Source of the DNA: Piedraia hortae CBS 480.64
Lineage: Eukaryota
Direction of reading: 5' to 3'
Length of the DNA stretch: 64,000 bases
Assembly: GCA_010093745.1 (NCBI GenBank)
Contig: MU005961.1
Location: 1-64,000 of the forward strand
Shown here: positions 24,315 to 36,210 of the stretch, one piece after another
Layout of the letters: each line of letters opens with the position of its first letter
How positions within the stretch are numbered: position 1 is the stretch's first letter
Notes under the pieces: model-generated
Told to the model about the DNA's origin: nothing
Databases searched by the model: none
The model's input: only the letters and a program-made list of their open reading frames with translations
Made by a program: the position numbers and the translations under genes

Positions 24315-25158
24315 GATCTTACTCTCCAGATACTCAATATTTCACTTTATTCGTCCCATTAGAGCCCTTGCGATACCTCTCCAAACCTTCTGCTCAATTA
24401 TTTGGCCAACAATCGCGAAGGTGACCATCGATTTGAGAAAAGAAACCCATGTCATGAATAAAAGTTTGACGTCATTACTTCTGTTTATGGTTAGCTTAGC
24501 ATTATAAATTAGGATTTCAGGGTCTCAGCGGGTCCGATTTACGAACCGCGGCAAAACCTCTCTTGTGCGCTCATGACAATAGGGAAAGGGAGAAAAGTGG
24601 AGGCGGGATGCTCGAGTCGTAGCCATCTTACTTGGCGCAACGGGTCCTTTTTGGTGGAGCCATTGTGGACCGTGGTTGAGAAAACGACATGTTGTTATCA
24701 GACTCGGTGAACGAATTATATACGTGACGCAACGATCCGTTGGTGCCTTTGCAGGCTAGCATATGGTTCATCACTGGTCTCATTCAGGCCCTTGCAGGTC
24801 GCACATTATGCTGTTGTAGGTCGTCTTGGCGCCCTGCACTACGTGGCTGGTTACCTGGATGGTGCACCTCGAGTCAATGTAAAGGCTGATATCCGAAGCT
24901 GTGCTGCCCAGCAGCCGTAACATTGGAGATGTGTCTTGCCAAGCCTTTAACGTGCAATTGAGTTATCCTCGGTGATGGTGACATTGAAGATCAGGCCACT
25001 TGCTCAACAGCCTTGAGCTTTATTGCTTGTAACCACCTTTCGAAAACCGAGTTCATTGTGATTAGAACCAATCGGGGCACCTCGGTAAAGTTGAATCTTA
25101 CTCAGCCATACCGATAATTGCCTCAGGGATATATACCTATCCATCCCCATATTCTGTT

Positions 25159-25278
25159 ACTTACGGCCATAGGTTGCAGAGAACAGAGGATCCCGTCCGC
25201 TCTCCTGAACTTAAGCTGCAAACCGGCGGATTAGTACTACGGTGGGTGACCACGTGGGAATCCCCGCTGCTGTAAGTT
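25159..25278 (+). rRNA. Dispersed 5S rRNA gene
   Basis: ACTTACGGCCATA...GATCCCGTCCGCTCTCC...TTAAGC...GATTAGTACTACGGTGGGTGACCACGTGGGAATCCCCGCTGCTGTAAGT. Helix I (ACTTACGGC/GCTGTAAGT) and helix II pair. TATATA lies about 25-30 nt upstream and a T-run terminator at about 25286-25293. Confidence 0.95.
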
Positions 25279-26729
25279 TCGACTCTTTTTTTTCCGTGCA
25301 CGATGAAACAGCTATGGTGACGAGGAGTAGGGCCATTCCAATCACAGATCGAGCTTCACAGCCGACATGTCCATCTAATCTAATTGGAACTATTTTGTAG
25401 ATCCGCACCGGGACCTTCATTACGACATATTCAACAAACATCCATCACACACTCTGCGAAGCCATGGCCAGGCAACTGCTCCGGACAGTCTCAAGATAGA
25501 AATTTCTCATTCGAGATGCATGGATGAGTATCCCTCAATAGGATCTCAGTGCATAGAAATATACACAATCCATTAACCATCCTCTTTGGTCGAGTGAGTC
25601 ATAATATGATATCATGAAATCCGACACCTGCCCCAAAGGGACCCCCATAATCCATATCTCTTGTGCACGATGGGATATCCAATGCAAAACCGAATTTTCT
25701 TTGCCCTCGCATGTCAAGATTTTCGAACCATGAATCTCTCGTGTCGAATTGGGTACCGTTCCACCAGAAAATAGTGGAGACTGGATACAGCAGGTTCCAG
25801 CACGCCCAATATTGTATCCACTTGTCTGCGGACAGATTTCTCGTGCCAGATCAACCCGCTATAAAGAGATTTGACTGTATTGGAAACGTGGAATGGATCC
25901 TCTTCACAAAACTATTACCGCATGTGACGTAGCGCCCCTGAAGTCGGACGCTTGAAAAATTTCGTTTGCGTTCAACACAATGCTCATCTGGTCTATTCGA
26001 ATTTTGATGTGGATGTTCCATCGTCGAACCTGGATAGCGGAGTGATTTGGCACAGGGACCCGGTCCGCTATTCCCATATGTATACAGGTGCGTGGAGATT
26101 ATATCGGGGGTGCTGACAGTACTATATCCAGATCTGACGGTACGCACTCATTGCCATTACCTTTATCAAGCTGGCGAAACAAGGCATAAGTCAGAGAATG
26201 AGTGAAGTTGTATACCCCAAAATTAGCACATTGCTCAATCAAAGATAGCAAGAATGGGGTGATCACCTACACATCCTGCTTTTTGGTAGTTTGATGGTGT
26301 GAATGTGAAGTTAGCTTACTGTTAAACTTCGCCTCGATGCAAAAGGAGTGGCAGTTTCACCGTCCACTGGCTTAAGCGGGAGGAGGATAAGGGACCATAG
26401 AGGATTAATACGGGCTATTTACTCCGAAACAGGAAGAAAGAACCTCCCTCTTCGCGCCTACCATCCCCCAAAATATTTTCCCGCCCTCTTGCTTTTTAGC
26501 ATTTTACCAAGTAAGTCCCGTTCAGCATTCTTTTCTTTTTCTTTTCTTTCTTTTCCCTGTAGGTGTTCGCTACCATTCCATCGCTTTTTCATTTCTTTTG
26601 TTGTGTAATTTGTCTGGGAGCATTAAGATGAGGCGCGAAAACAGATATCTCCGCAATAGGAAGGCATGGGAGATGAGATAGTTTCTCTACGCCTAACTCT
26701 GCTTCATGCCTCAGTTTTTGCTTCCCTTG

Positions 26730-29700
26730 CTACCGGTCCTGGGGGATATTCGATCCGGAAAGCTTCTCACTGTGCGAAGGCCGACGAATGCCAAACGAAA
26801 AGAACCGCGGCTGTCTTGGGGGCGCATCGGGGTTGCTGGCCTGCGGAGCTTGAGGCCCAAGCTGTCTCGGCTGTGTCACCGTGATGTCGCTCTGCTGATG
26901 GTTGACAACAGAGCTGCTGGTCATTGGCACCGAAGCAGGAGATGGGACCTGTGGAATGGTCCGCATGGGGGCGCTCAGACGGGAACCTGAAGGGGCACCG
27001 CTTGAAGGGCGAGGCGGAGCCCAAGGACTCGCGCTGGCTTGGGGCCTGTTAGGTGGCTGAGAAGCTGCATTGCTTGGAGCCCGAGGCACTGCGCCACTGA
27101 GAGTAAAAGGGCTGGCGCTTGCTTGGACCCTGTTGGGAACTTGGGATGCTCCACCATTGGGAGCGAAAGGGCTGTGACTCGCTTGGGCTCTGGTGGGCTC
27201 GGGCGCTCTGTTGCTGGTGGACGGAGTAGGGAAAGAGGAATTTGGTCTCTGAACACTTTGACCCTGGTTACCTTGCGCCAGGTTGGCTGGTTGCGAGGGT
27301 ATTGTTGCTGGAGGCCTGGGGAACGACGAAGGAGCGGTATGGATCAGGATCTTACGGGGGAGCTGCGCTGGCCCAGTCGTTGGGGCCACCGTTGCCTGCT
27401 CGCTGGCCTGAGGCTGATTGGCCGGCTGCGATGACACATTGGCCGAGGACTTGCTGGGCTGCGGAGGTCGGGCAGATTGAGAGGGTACAGTGGCAGTGTA
27501 CCTGCTTGGCTGGTGAGATCGGGCAGGCTGAGAGGGTACAATCGCATTGGATCTCGGCACAGGCTGGGAAGGAACAACCGGCTGAGACCTGTTGATGGGC
27601 TGGAATGAAGCTACAGTTTGTTCAATTGGCTGAGCCAGTTGAGGAACGGCGCTTGCCGGAGGCTGGCTCGTCTTTGGGGCATTTTTGTTTGCCTGTGCCT
27701 CACTGAGACGAGCAATGGATTGATCCGCAGTAGCTGGCTCAAATGGAACAATGGTCGGGGCGTTGCTGTCTACCTGAGCCTCACTGGGACGAGCAATAGA
27801 TTTATCCGCAGTGTCTGGTCGAGATGGTACATTAGTCGGGGCGTTATTGTTTGTCTGTGCCTCAGCTGGACGAGTAACGACTTGGCTCGCAGTAGCTGGC
27901 CGATATGGAACACCAGCCGGAACGTTATTGGGCGAGGGAGACGACGCTCTTGCTGGTGCCTTGTCGGGCGATTGTGAAGGTGCACCGGTCGGTTTCTCAT
28001 TGGCCGACGTAGAGCGACCACTCATTTGGGGCAGTGATGTCCGCAGGAACGCAGACCTTGGGAGCTGCGCAGAACGGTTGACCGAGAACGTTATCTTTGG
28101 TGGCTTCTTCACTCTAGTTGGAAGCGAGTGTCTTTTGTCAGATACGGTTGTCCTCGTAAGTGGAAGAGACCTTCTGCCAGCTTGCGGTCGGCCATTTGAG
28201 GCATTCGCCTGGGATTGCTTGGTTGTGCCCGTTCGTGATGCGGCGAACTGGCCCCATGGAGGGGCGCTGGCTGCCTGCGACGAGGCGCCAGCTTGCTGCC
28301 GCTGAGATGAATATTTCTGAGGCTGGGCGGTTGGTTGGGAAGGAAGAACGGCTGCATTTGGAAGTGTCCGGGTCAGTTGCTGTTGAGTGGAACCGTCCTG
28401 GGGATCCGGGGCGACCAGCCCTTGAAGTTCTTCCATTTGTTCTCTTCGTCCACACTCTTCTTCTGCTTGCACCAGAGACTCTCTAGATCTTTGAACCATG
28501 ACCTTGTTGGCTTCGATCTGAGCCCAATAAGAATACGGCCGCCATTCCTCGTCTGGCTTCTTTCTAAATTGGACGAGCTTTTCAAGTTGTTTGTACATCC
28601 CGAACAAAGCATTGCCAAAGGCTGGAGGAACGAAGAGACCCACACGCAGGCATTTTGCATCCAAAACATCTTGGAAAGCGGAAATTACCTTCCCCTCTGG
28701 CGTGTTACGCAAGTGCACCTTGACCGGTGGCGGTTTGTCTGGTTTTCCCACATATTTCAGGGCAGTAGCCTTAAGTTTGGGATACAAGTGCTGCGTGGCT
28801 CTATCATGCGCCCATATCCGGAGGACTTGCAGAACGAATTCAATGTCGATAATGAGCTCCTCATCCGGTTGGCCACTTGAAAGTATCTTGTCAAATGGAT
28901 CGTCCTGTATCTCATCTCTGTCAGTCATATCGACATCACTGCTGGCATCAGAGTCATCCTCCGTATCCTCGAACATATGCAATAAGGCATCAACCTGCGA
29001 GTTTTCCTCGCTCTCTGGCGCCGCTTCTCGAGGCACAGGTTGAGTCGAGACATGTTCTTCGGTAGATTCGGTGATGGGTTCTGCCTCAATCTTGCCATCG
29101 ATGATATCTTGGTAATGAGCGAGAACTCGTGTTAGTGTGTTCAATAGCTCAATTACTGCGTCCATTGTGAAATATCTTTGCCGCGGGGCGGCAGGGCGAT
29201 TCTCGTCAATCAACAGAATCTCAGGAGCAGGTAGTGGCTTAGGACGAGACGGTAGTCGGCGAGGCTGCGTCTGCGCGAGGATTGGAAGTCCTTGCCCGGC
29301 ACGTATCATCTGAACTGGTGGCTGTGGATGTGGTGGCAGTGGGAGAAACTGATGCGGTGGAGGTGGCGGCATCGGCTGCCTGACGGGTTGCGGTGGTCGA
29401 GGCTGATGATAATGTCCCTGTATCTGCGTCTGCATGACTGGCGGCAGTGCATGCTGTAGAGTTGGGGGGTGAGCCAGTACAGGGTGTTCGTCTTCCGGCT
29501 CAAGCACGTAATAATGCATAAATCCTTCGAAAGCCGCATTTTGAGGCGAGTCGGGTGCACATTCTCTCAACCTTGCAATGGGTCTTCCTGGTGCGACTGG
29601 CCCTTGAAGAGGTTCTTGCAAATTTACGTTGCTGTGGACGAATTGCATATCGTTTGAGTACTTGATCCGCAGTGTTCGCGGATATTTGGCAGATCCTTCA

Positions 29701-30023
29701 GTTGGGGCGTGTTGTCTATCGTCAGCTCCCGGAATGGATACGTTGCTTTCCGATCTTGGCCTTTTTGCAGGCCGTTCTGGGTTGTCTGAGCTTGAGCTCA
29801 TGGCATCGCCAATAGGTTGTATCTGTGGAGCCGGAGTGATCACTGGACCGATGGTTGTATGGTTGTTACTAGGTCTCTGTCCAATTGGGTTCATTCCGCG
29901 TTCTGTTGCCAGTTTGTACTTTTTCATTTTGGCACTCGATATGCCCTTGAAAAAGTGGAATACTTTGACTTGGTCTCCAGGATCAGTCATGTTAACAGTA
30001 CAAACAGCCAGAAACCGAGGCAA
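26730..30023 (-). CDS. Large hypothetical protein (1097 aa), Q/P/S-rich with a central helical domain
   Basis: Uninterrupted 3.3-kb ORF. Central globular-looking segment (IEFVLQVLRIWAH...NTPEGKVISAFQDVLDAKCLRVG...MYKQLEKLV). A homologous decayed copy lies at about 33.2-36.2 kb. Confidence 0.75.
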   Translation of the reverse strand: MPRFLAVCTVNMTDPGDQVKVFHFFKGISSAKMKKYKLATERGMNPIGQRPSNNHTTIGPVITPAPQIQPIGDAMSSSSDNPERPAKRPRSESNVSIPGADDRQHAPTEGSAKYPRTLRIKYSNDMQFVHSNVNLQEPLQGPVAPGRPIARLRECAPDSPQNAAFEGFMHYYVLEPEDEHPVLAHPPTLQHALPPVMQTQIQGHYHQPRPPQPVRQPMPPPPPHQFLPLPPHPQPPVQMIRAGQGLPILAQTQPRRLPSRPKPLPAPEILLIDENRPAAPRQRYFTMDAVIELLNTLTRVLAHYQDIIDGKIEAEPITESTEEHVSTQPVPREAAPESEENSQVDALLHMFEDTEDDSDASSDVDMTDRDEIQDDPFDKILSSGQPDEELIIDIEFVLQVLRIWAHDRATQHLYPKLKATALKYVGKPDKPPPVKVHLRNTPEGKVISAFQDVLDAKCLRVGLFVPPAFGNALFGMYKQLEKLVQFRKKPDEEWRPYSYWAQIEANKVMVQRSRESLVQAEEECGRREQMEELQGLVAPDPQDGSTQQQLTRTLPNAAVLPSQPTAQPQKYSSQRQQAGASSQAASAPPWGQFAASRTGTTKQSQANASNGRPQAGRRSLPLTRTTVSDKRHSLPTRVKKPPKITFSVNRSAQLPRSAFLRTSLPQMSGRSTSANEKPTGAPSQSPDKAPARASSPSPNNVPAGVPYRPATASQVVTRPAEAQTNNNAPTNVPSRPDTADKSIARPSEAQVDSNAPTIVPFEPATADQSIARLSEAQANKNAPKTSQPPASAVPQLAQPIEQTVASFQPINRSQPVVPSQPVPRSNAIVPSQPARSHQPSRYTATVPSQSARPPQPSKSSANVSSQPANQPQASEQATVAPTTGPAQLPRKILIHTAPSSFPRPPATIPSQPANLAQGNQGQSVQRPNSSFPTPSTSNRAPEPTRAQASHSPFAPNGGASQVPNRVQASASPFTLSGAVPRAPSNAASQPPNRPQASASPWAPPRPSSGAPSGSRLSAPMRTIPQVPSPASVPMTSSSVVNHQQSDITVTQPRQLGPQAPQASNPDAPPRQPRFFSFGIRRPSHSEKLSGSNIPQDR
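27420..27905 (-). repeat. Coding tandem repeats in the 1097-aa gene: about 3 x 84 bp (28 aa) and about 3 x 51 bp (17 aa)
   Basis: ATASQVVTRPAEAQTNNNAP / DTADKSIARPSEAQVDSNAP / ATADQSIARLSEAQANKNAP, and IVPSQPARSHQPS / TVPSQSARPPQPS / NVSSQPANQPQAS. Confidence 0.8.
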
Positions 30024-31283
30024 ATGTCACAAATCGTAGCAATTGGTGAGACCTAGATAACGGTTTTGCTTGCAATGCGACGTGAACAACAAGCAAATGC
30101 CGACGCGCAAATAAGGACACACTGTTGACAGATGAGATTGGTTGAGCAAAATTACGCAAGCGACTACGTGATGGTGTGTTTGGGTTAGAAATTTCGGAAC
30201 GTGTTTTGTGAGGTGTGCGGAGTGTGTGCTTGAGAAGAATTTGCGCGAGATTTGTTGGGGCTGGGTGGTCTAAGCGCCCGCCCAAAACAGTAATAATCAT
30301 CATCCCTTTTTCCGAGACCGAAACGATGTTTGAGTCATTGCCTTTCTGGTCCCTGCAAGATTCTCATCACGCGCCCGACTTCTCGTCTCGCCTTCATCCA
30401 ACGGGCGCGCACTTTTTACAGTTCCTATGGCTCTTCCTCTTTGACCCGAAAATGTGTCGTGTTGCGTGACAATTCTTATCATATGAAAAATGATGCGCGA
30501 TTCAACGCTCCACTCCTCCCCGCCTCCGTATTGCCCAATCTCGAGGGATTCTAGTCCGCGCGTTTATTGCTAAATCCTACGGAACTACAAGTCTCAATGA
30601 TTGACCTTTACCAGAACTTCCGCGCACTGTTGTTGTAGGAAAAGTCTGCTAAGCGGTGCCTTCCTATTTGGGCGCGTCGAATAGTACACTTGTGTGATTT
30701 CTAGAACAGCCTCGAACATGCCAGGCATGGACTTACTAAAAGGTATTAGTAATCTTTTCGGGCCTAATGTGATTTGCCCGGGATATGATACTACCGCATC
30801 ACCACCTAAAGTTTGATGCAAAGCTGCGTCGCACATGCAACCAAAACTTTGCCAATGGTAAGTTGGTGCTGATACTGTAGTAGTGTGACTGGAGAAGAGG
30901 GTATATCTCCAGTGCGCCACGTCGGCCAAGCAGGCAGAGATATCGAGGCAAGACATGGGCCTCTCCTTGGGACTGATGGAAGAGGTTAGTTTACTGGGAT
31001 CGATTCTGCCGCTTAGCTTTCCTGTTGATTACGTAATATTTTGGTGATCCTGGTGGCTACACCTTATTGGGCATTTTGTCATAATTTTGCTGTGGTACAA
31101 ACTTCACCAGAATCATGTTTGCCTGTCCAAAACAACAGCAGCCCCTTGTGCGATATCGAGAATTCTAACATGCGTTATGCGTGAGAAAGCGTGCGGAGTT
31201 TTAGGGAGAGAGGTCGGGTGAAGATTTCGAGAATACAAGTGTGGGTTTTCACACACTATGCCTGCCGCCAGCCGGAGGTTGGT

Positions 31284-31377
31284 TTAGCGTGCCTAATGGG
31301 GCGTAGCGCCCACCTGTGTGAAAAATAATGCTATCTGATTGGCTGAAGCGGGCGCTAATCCCCATCAAGCACGCTAA
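31284..31377. repeat. Imperfect 28-bp inverted repeat with a 38-bp spacer
   Basis: The reverse complement of 31284-31311 (ttagcgtgcctaatggggcgtagcgccc) matches 31350-31377 (gggcgctaatccccatcaagcacgctaa) at 24 of 28 positions. Confidence 0.75.
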
Positions 31378-31470
31378 CAGAATAACCCTGTGAACAAAAG
31401 TCGTGTCAGATCGCTACGTTGCCTTCGAAAACGAAAGGGATTCAGTTGGCGCTAACGACCCTCTGGTGCG

Positions 31471-32438
31471 ATGAAGCTCCTTCAAAGTGCGGCAGTGGCT
31501 GCACTGTCACTAAGCGCATGTGTTGGTGCCATTGACACCTGGAGCTTTGAGGACGCGATACTGTCGATTCAGGGCAAAGGCTCCGGAGTGGGAGGTGGAT
31601 TGAAGGAGAAGTACGGCACTCGTAATCCTCAATAAATACATATAGCTAACAACCTTCTGTAGGCTTGTCCCAGGAAAACCGCTGGCCTCATCTCCCATCT
31701 CCTTACCCGCCGGCGAGACTGTGAAAGTCACCCTAACAACCACTGAAGGCAAGACCGGAAAGAAGGCGCATCAAGCATTCTTGATGTTGCAGGATAAGGA
31801 AACGGGCCTAGAAGATTCCTATCCGTTCACCCTCAAAGAGAATGGCAAAGGAAAAGTAGAAATTGTACGTCATCAACATTGGCTCTCCGACCTAGCTGAC
31901 ATGGAAATAGTCCCTGAAAGATATACCCCACCAGTTCGTTTCTTCGGTAAAGCCTTTACAAGCCTCGATCGTGGTCGCTTCTTTTGGCTCGTCGACCCCT
32001 TACAAGGCACCGGCCTTTGATCTCTTCGTGCAAGCCGATCCAGGGGCATCTCCGTTCGAGCACTCTGCGCCGGAACGATATGGGCAAAAGCCTGAAATAC
32101 ATCATATATTTCGGGCTGATCCCAAGTCACCTCCCAGGATCATCAGCCTGTTCTTCACTCTGGCGGTATTGTCGACGCTCCCGGCATTGATAGCTGTCTG
32201 GTTGTTCCTGGGAGCAAACTTGGATCATGCCAGCAAGGCTTTCACCGCGAGCCCCGTGGCACAAGGACTGTTCTTGGGCAGCATCATTGCCATGGAAGGT
32301 GTCTTTTTCATGTACTACACCACCTGGACACTTTTCCAGACATTACCGGTGGCAGCCGTGGTTGGTACAGTAGCTGTTATTAGTGGAAGTCGCGCTCTCA
32401 CAGAGGTTCAAATCAGGAGATTTGCTGGTGAGAGGTAA
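31471..32438 (+). CDS. SWP1: Oligosaccharyltransferase delta subunit (Swp1/ribophorin II), 3 exons
   Basis: Signal peptide MKLLQSAAVAALSLSAC, AHQAFLMLQD, RYGQKPEIHHIFRADPKSPPRIIS, three C-terminal TM segments, GSRALTEVQIRR. Two GTACG...TAG introns. Confidence 0.92.
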
Positions 32439-33179
32439 TGGGTTAGATTCTTCCAGCTAAACGTTAAATGAGCTTCTTGTACCATCATGGAAAGAAAGAC
32501 GTGCCAATCTTCATGGCAAGAACACGTGTCATTGGAATTTTGCTGCGCTGTTTCTGCTTGTCTAGAGTTCATCCAAATCGGGAAAGCAATCAGGCTCATC
32601 CCAGCGTCGATCTTCATCTCGGCCAAATGTCCCAGCGAAGGAATACACCAACGCCCCACAGCAGCCATACGCACACCAACTTGACATGCCGACCGTCACA
32701 GCTATGAGCTTAAATATCCAGTCGCGCTCCTCTCCCGATCGTACAAGCTTCACCTAGTCTCCCCAAAAGATTTTCACGCTTGGATGTACTTCGTCCAGTT
32801 CAAAGTCTAACGACTCTCAGATCGTTTTCTTGGTATCCGAATGGAGTGAAGTCCCACACACCACCCGCAAGCTCCGATGAAGCAGAGTCCCACATACATC
32901 ACCCACGAACTCGATGTCCATCCCCTCAAACCTACCAACTCCGTCCTCTCACCCACTTTACCTGCACCGTATAAACGTCGCTCAGGCGTTCAAACCCCCC
33001 ACGCAACAATAGCCGACGAACTCAACCAAAAAGCATCACACTCTAAACTGCACAATCACCTACGACGAATACGAATAACCCACAACGAACATCAGCCCAC
33101 CTAGATCGTGAAAACACACAATCACATAATAATAATAATGCACTCTCTCCACCTCCTATTCCTTACGATCTGAGTAGCA

Positions 33180-36100
33180 CTGTGGGTGCAGCTCTTCGTA
33201 AGCCAGTTATTGGCTGTGACGACCACTACGGAGAGGGTTGCGCCGGGAGGGAGTACGTCGAGTGGTTAAATCCACTGCCGATGATGTGGGAGCATCGGTC
33301 GTGGTCATCCCGGACGGGGGTTGGGGGGCGGCAGTCGGGGGCGTGTTGGCCGACTATGAGGCAGCAGTCGCGGACATGCTGGATGACGCCTGGGAGGCGC
33401 CGTTGGGATTCACAATGGCCGACTGTGAGGGAGCAGGAGCCTGTAGCAGGTTGGACGGCGCCTGGGAAGTACCGACAGACAACTCGCTCGCCTGCGGCTG
33501 CGACGGTTGCAGGGAAACTATCCCTGGGCTCAGAACCCGACGGGTGACCTGGAACATCACCGTTGGCGGCTTCTTCACCCTTGGGCGAGACGGTCTCCCC
33601 GATCGCGGCTGGCCATTCGAGACGGTAGCTGAGGACTGCACCGGTTGATTCACCTGAGGGAGCTGGTTTGACGTCCCCGTTCGAGGCACGACAGGCTGGC
33701 CTCGCGGATTGCCATGTAACAAACCGCTATTTCTTTGCCGCTGAAGCTGACGGCCTCGGGGGTGTATAGCGGGCTGCAGAGAAGGGACAGCTGCGTTCAG
33801 GAGTGTCTGGGCTATTTGCTGTTGAAAGGGGTCATCATGAGCTGTAGCTGGTACCGGATGGTTCACCTGAGGGGGCTGGCTAGGCATCCCCATTTGAGGT
33901 GCGGGAGGCTGGTCTTGTTGAGGACCATGGGGTACTTGCAACGAGCCACCGCCTTGATTGCACCGATACAGACAAATCCGGGGGTGGTCCCAGGACTGCT
34001 GGAAAAGAGCGGCAGCCTGGAGAAGTATCTGTGTCTGGTGCTGTTGAGCGTACCCACTCTGGGACGCCATGACCATCAGCCTTTCGTGGTAATCCATCTG
34101 TTGTGTGCGTTCAAGCTCCTCCTCTTTCGCTCGAGCCAAAGCCTCTCTAGCGTTTTGAACCATGTCTCTGTTCGCTATGATTTGTGCCAAATAAGAATAC
34201 GGCCGCCATTCCTCTTGAAGTTTCTCTTGGAACTGAGTGAGCCTAGAAAGTTGTCTGTACATCCCCAACAAAGCTTCACAAAATTCCGGAGGGGCAAAAG
34301 ACCAATACGCAAGCATCCTGCGCCCAAGACATCTTGAAACGCGTAGATGAGTCTCCCCTCTCGCGTGTTGCGCAAATTTACATTCAAAGGCGGCGGTTTT
34401 ACTCGTTTTCCCTTACATTCCATGGCCGTGGCCTTGAGTTTGGGGTATAGGCGTAGCGTGGCTCAATCATCTGCCCAGGTGCGGAGAATCCGCAGAGTCA
34501 ACTCAATGCCAGAGATTACATCCTCATCAGGTTGGCCACTGGGAAGTATCCCATAATATGCATCTTCAGACACTTCGTCTCCGCGAGTCATGGCAACATC
34601 ACTGTTGTTGTCAGATTCGTCAACATCCTCAACCGCTTGTAACAGAGCATCAGTCTGTGCATCTATGTTGCTGTCTAGCGTCTCGGATGGTTTTGTGATC
34701 TGGTCCTCATTAGTCGATTCTGTAATACGTTCTGCCTCGACTTTGCCGTCGATGATGAGTTTGTAATTGACGAGCGTGCGTGTGAGTGCGTTCAACGTCT
34801 CGATCACTTCGTTCATCGCGAGACGCATACCTTGTGAAAAAGTAGGGTGATTATCGTTGATCAGTAGAATCTCAGGAGCTGGCAGTGGCTCCGGGCAAGC
34901 CGGCGTTCGACGACGCAGCACCTGCGTGAGTTTGGGGATGTCTTGTCCGGCAGGCATTATGTATACCGGTTACTGTGGGCCTGACGGCCGCGGCATACCT
35001 TGATGCAGAGGTTGCGACAGAGGTTGCGGCTGCGACTGCCTGACGGGCTGCAGTTGTTGTGGCTGATTATAATGTTCCTGACCCAGCGGCTGCATGGCTG
35101 ACTGAGGGTTCTGCTGAGCTGGAGGCTGAGCCTGTACAGAGCGGTCATCTTTCGGCTTGATCGCGACAAAATGCGTTGCTTGGCCAGGTTGTGCCTGCGC
35201 GACGTTTGAGATCTCCTGCCTGGCATGCGTTAGTCGTAAAAATTGTTGAGAATTCGGTGCCATCGACGGCAACCCTTGCGTGGATGGACTTAGCATCTGC
35301 CAGAGGGGTTGCAGTTGTTGACCCTGGTGATAATGCATCTGTGCCTGTGGCGGTATGACCGGCTGAAGTCCATGCTGTATGATTGGTGACTGACCCTGTG
35401 CAGGGTGATTGTCTTCCCGCTCGAGCCTAAAGAGAAGCGCATGTCCTGGATTCTCTGCATCCTCAGGCGAGCTGGGTACATAATGTCTCAATTTTAGATT
35501 GGATCTTCCCGGTGAGATTGATATTTGAACAGGTGCCTGCGACTTTACGTTACTCTGGATCAATTGTATTTCATTTGCGAACTGAATCCGCAGTGGTACC
35601 GAAGGCTGGGGAGGCCTGCCAGGCCTGCCAGGCCTGCCAGGCCCCATCATGGATTGTGGTAATTGAGGCTGCTGAAGTTGTACCTGCGGCTGTGGCTGCA
35701 CTTCTTCCGGCTCAAGCACGTAAAAATGCACAAATTCCTCGTAACCCACATTCGGAGGCGAGTGGGGCACAGGTGCCGTCAATCTTGCCATGGGTCTTCC
35801 CGGCTCGACTGGCCCTTGAGGAGGGTCGTCCGTGTCTATTTTGCTATCGGTATGTTGGATTATATTTCTTGTCTTGTAGCGTGACGCCCGTGGTGGTTGC
35901 GGCATGGACACAGCGCTTTCCGATTGTGGCCTCTTTCGTAAAACAAATTTAGTTGCCTAAGCTGGAGCCTAGAGCGTCACATATAGGCTATATTCGCGGG
36001 GCCAGATTTATTAATACACCGGTGGGCAGGTTGTTGTTACGAAAACTCTGCCTCACACGACTTTGCCTCACACGGTTCTTTCCGCATTCTGTTGCCATCC

Positions 36101-36210
36101 TGTATCTTTCCATCTTGTCCCTTGGTAAAAAAAACCCTTGATGGGGCCTCTATCGTTGACGAGTGAGAGGTGTTGAGCAAAATCACACAGGCGAGGAACT
36201 GTTTAGGCGC
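33180..36210 (-). pseudogene. Decayed paralog of the 1097-aa gene at 26730-30023
   Basis: Collinear homology (KMERYRMATECG vs KMKKYKLATERG; PLPAPEILLI; LYPKLKATA; EEWRPYSY; RVKKPP). In-frame stops at about 35988 (TAG), 34970 (TAA), 34463 (TGA) and 33354 (TAG), plus frameshifts at about 35945 and 34297. The ends are approximate. Confidence 0.85.
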
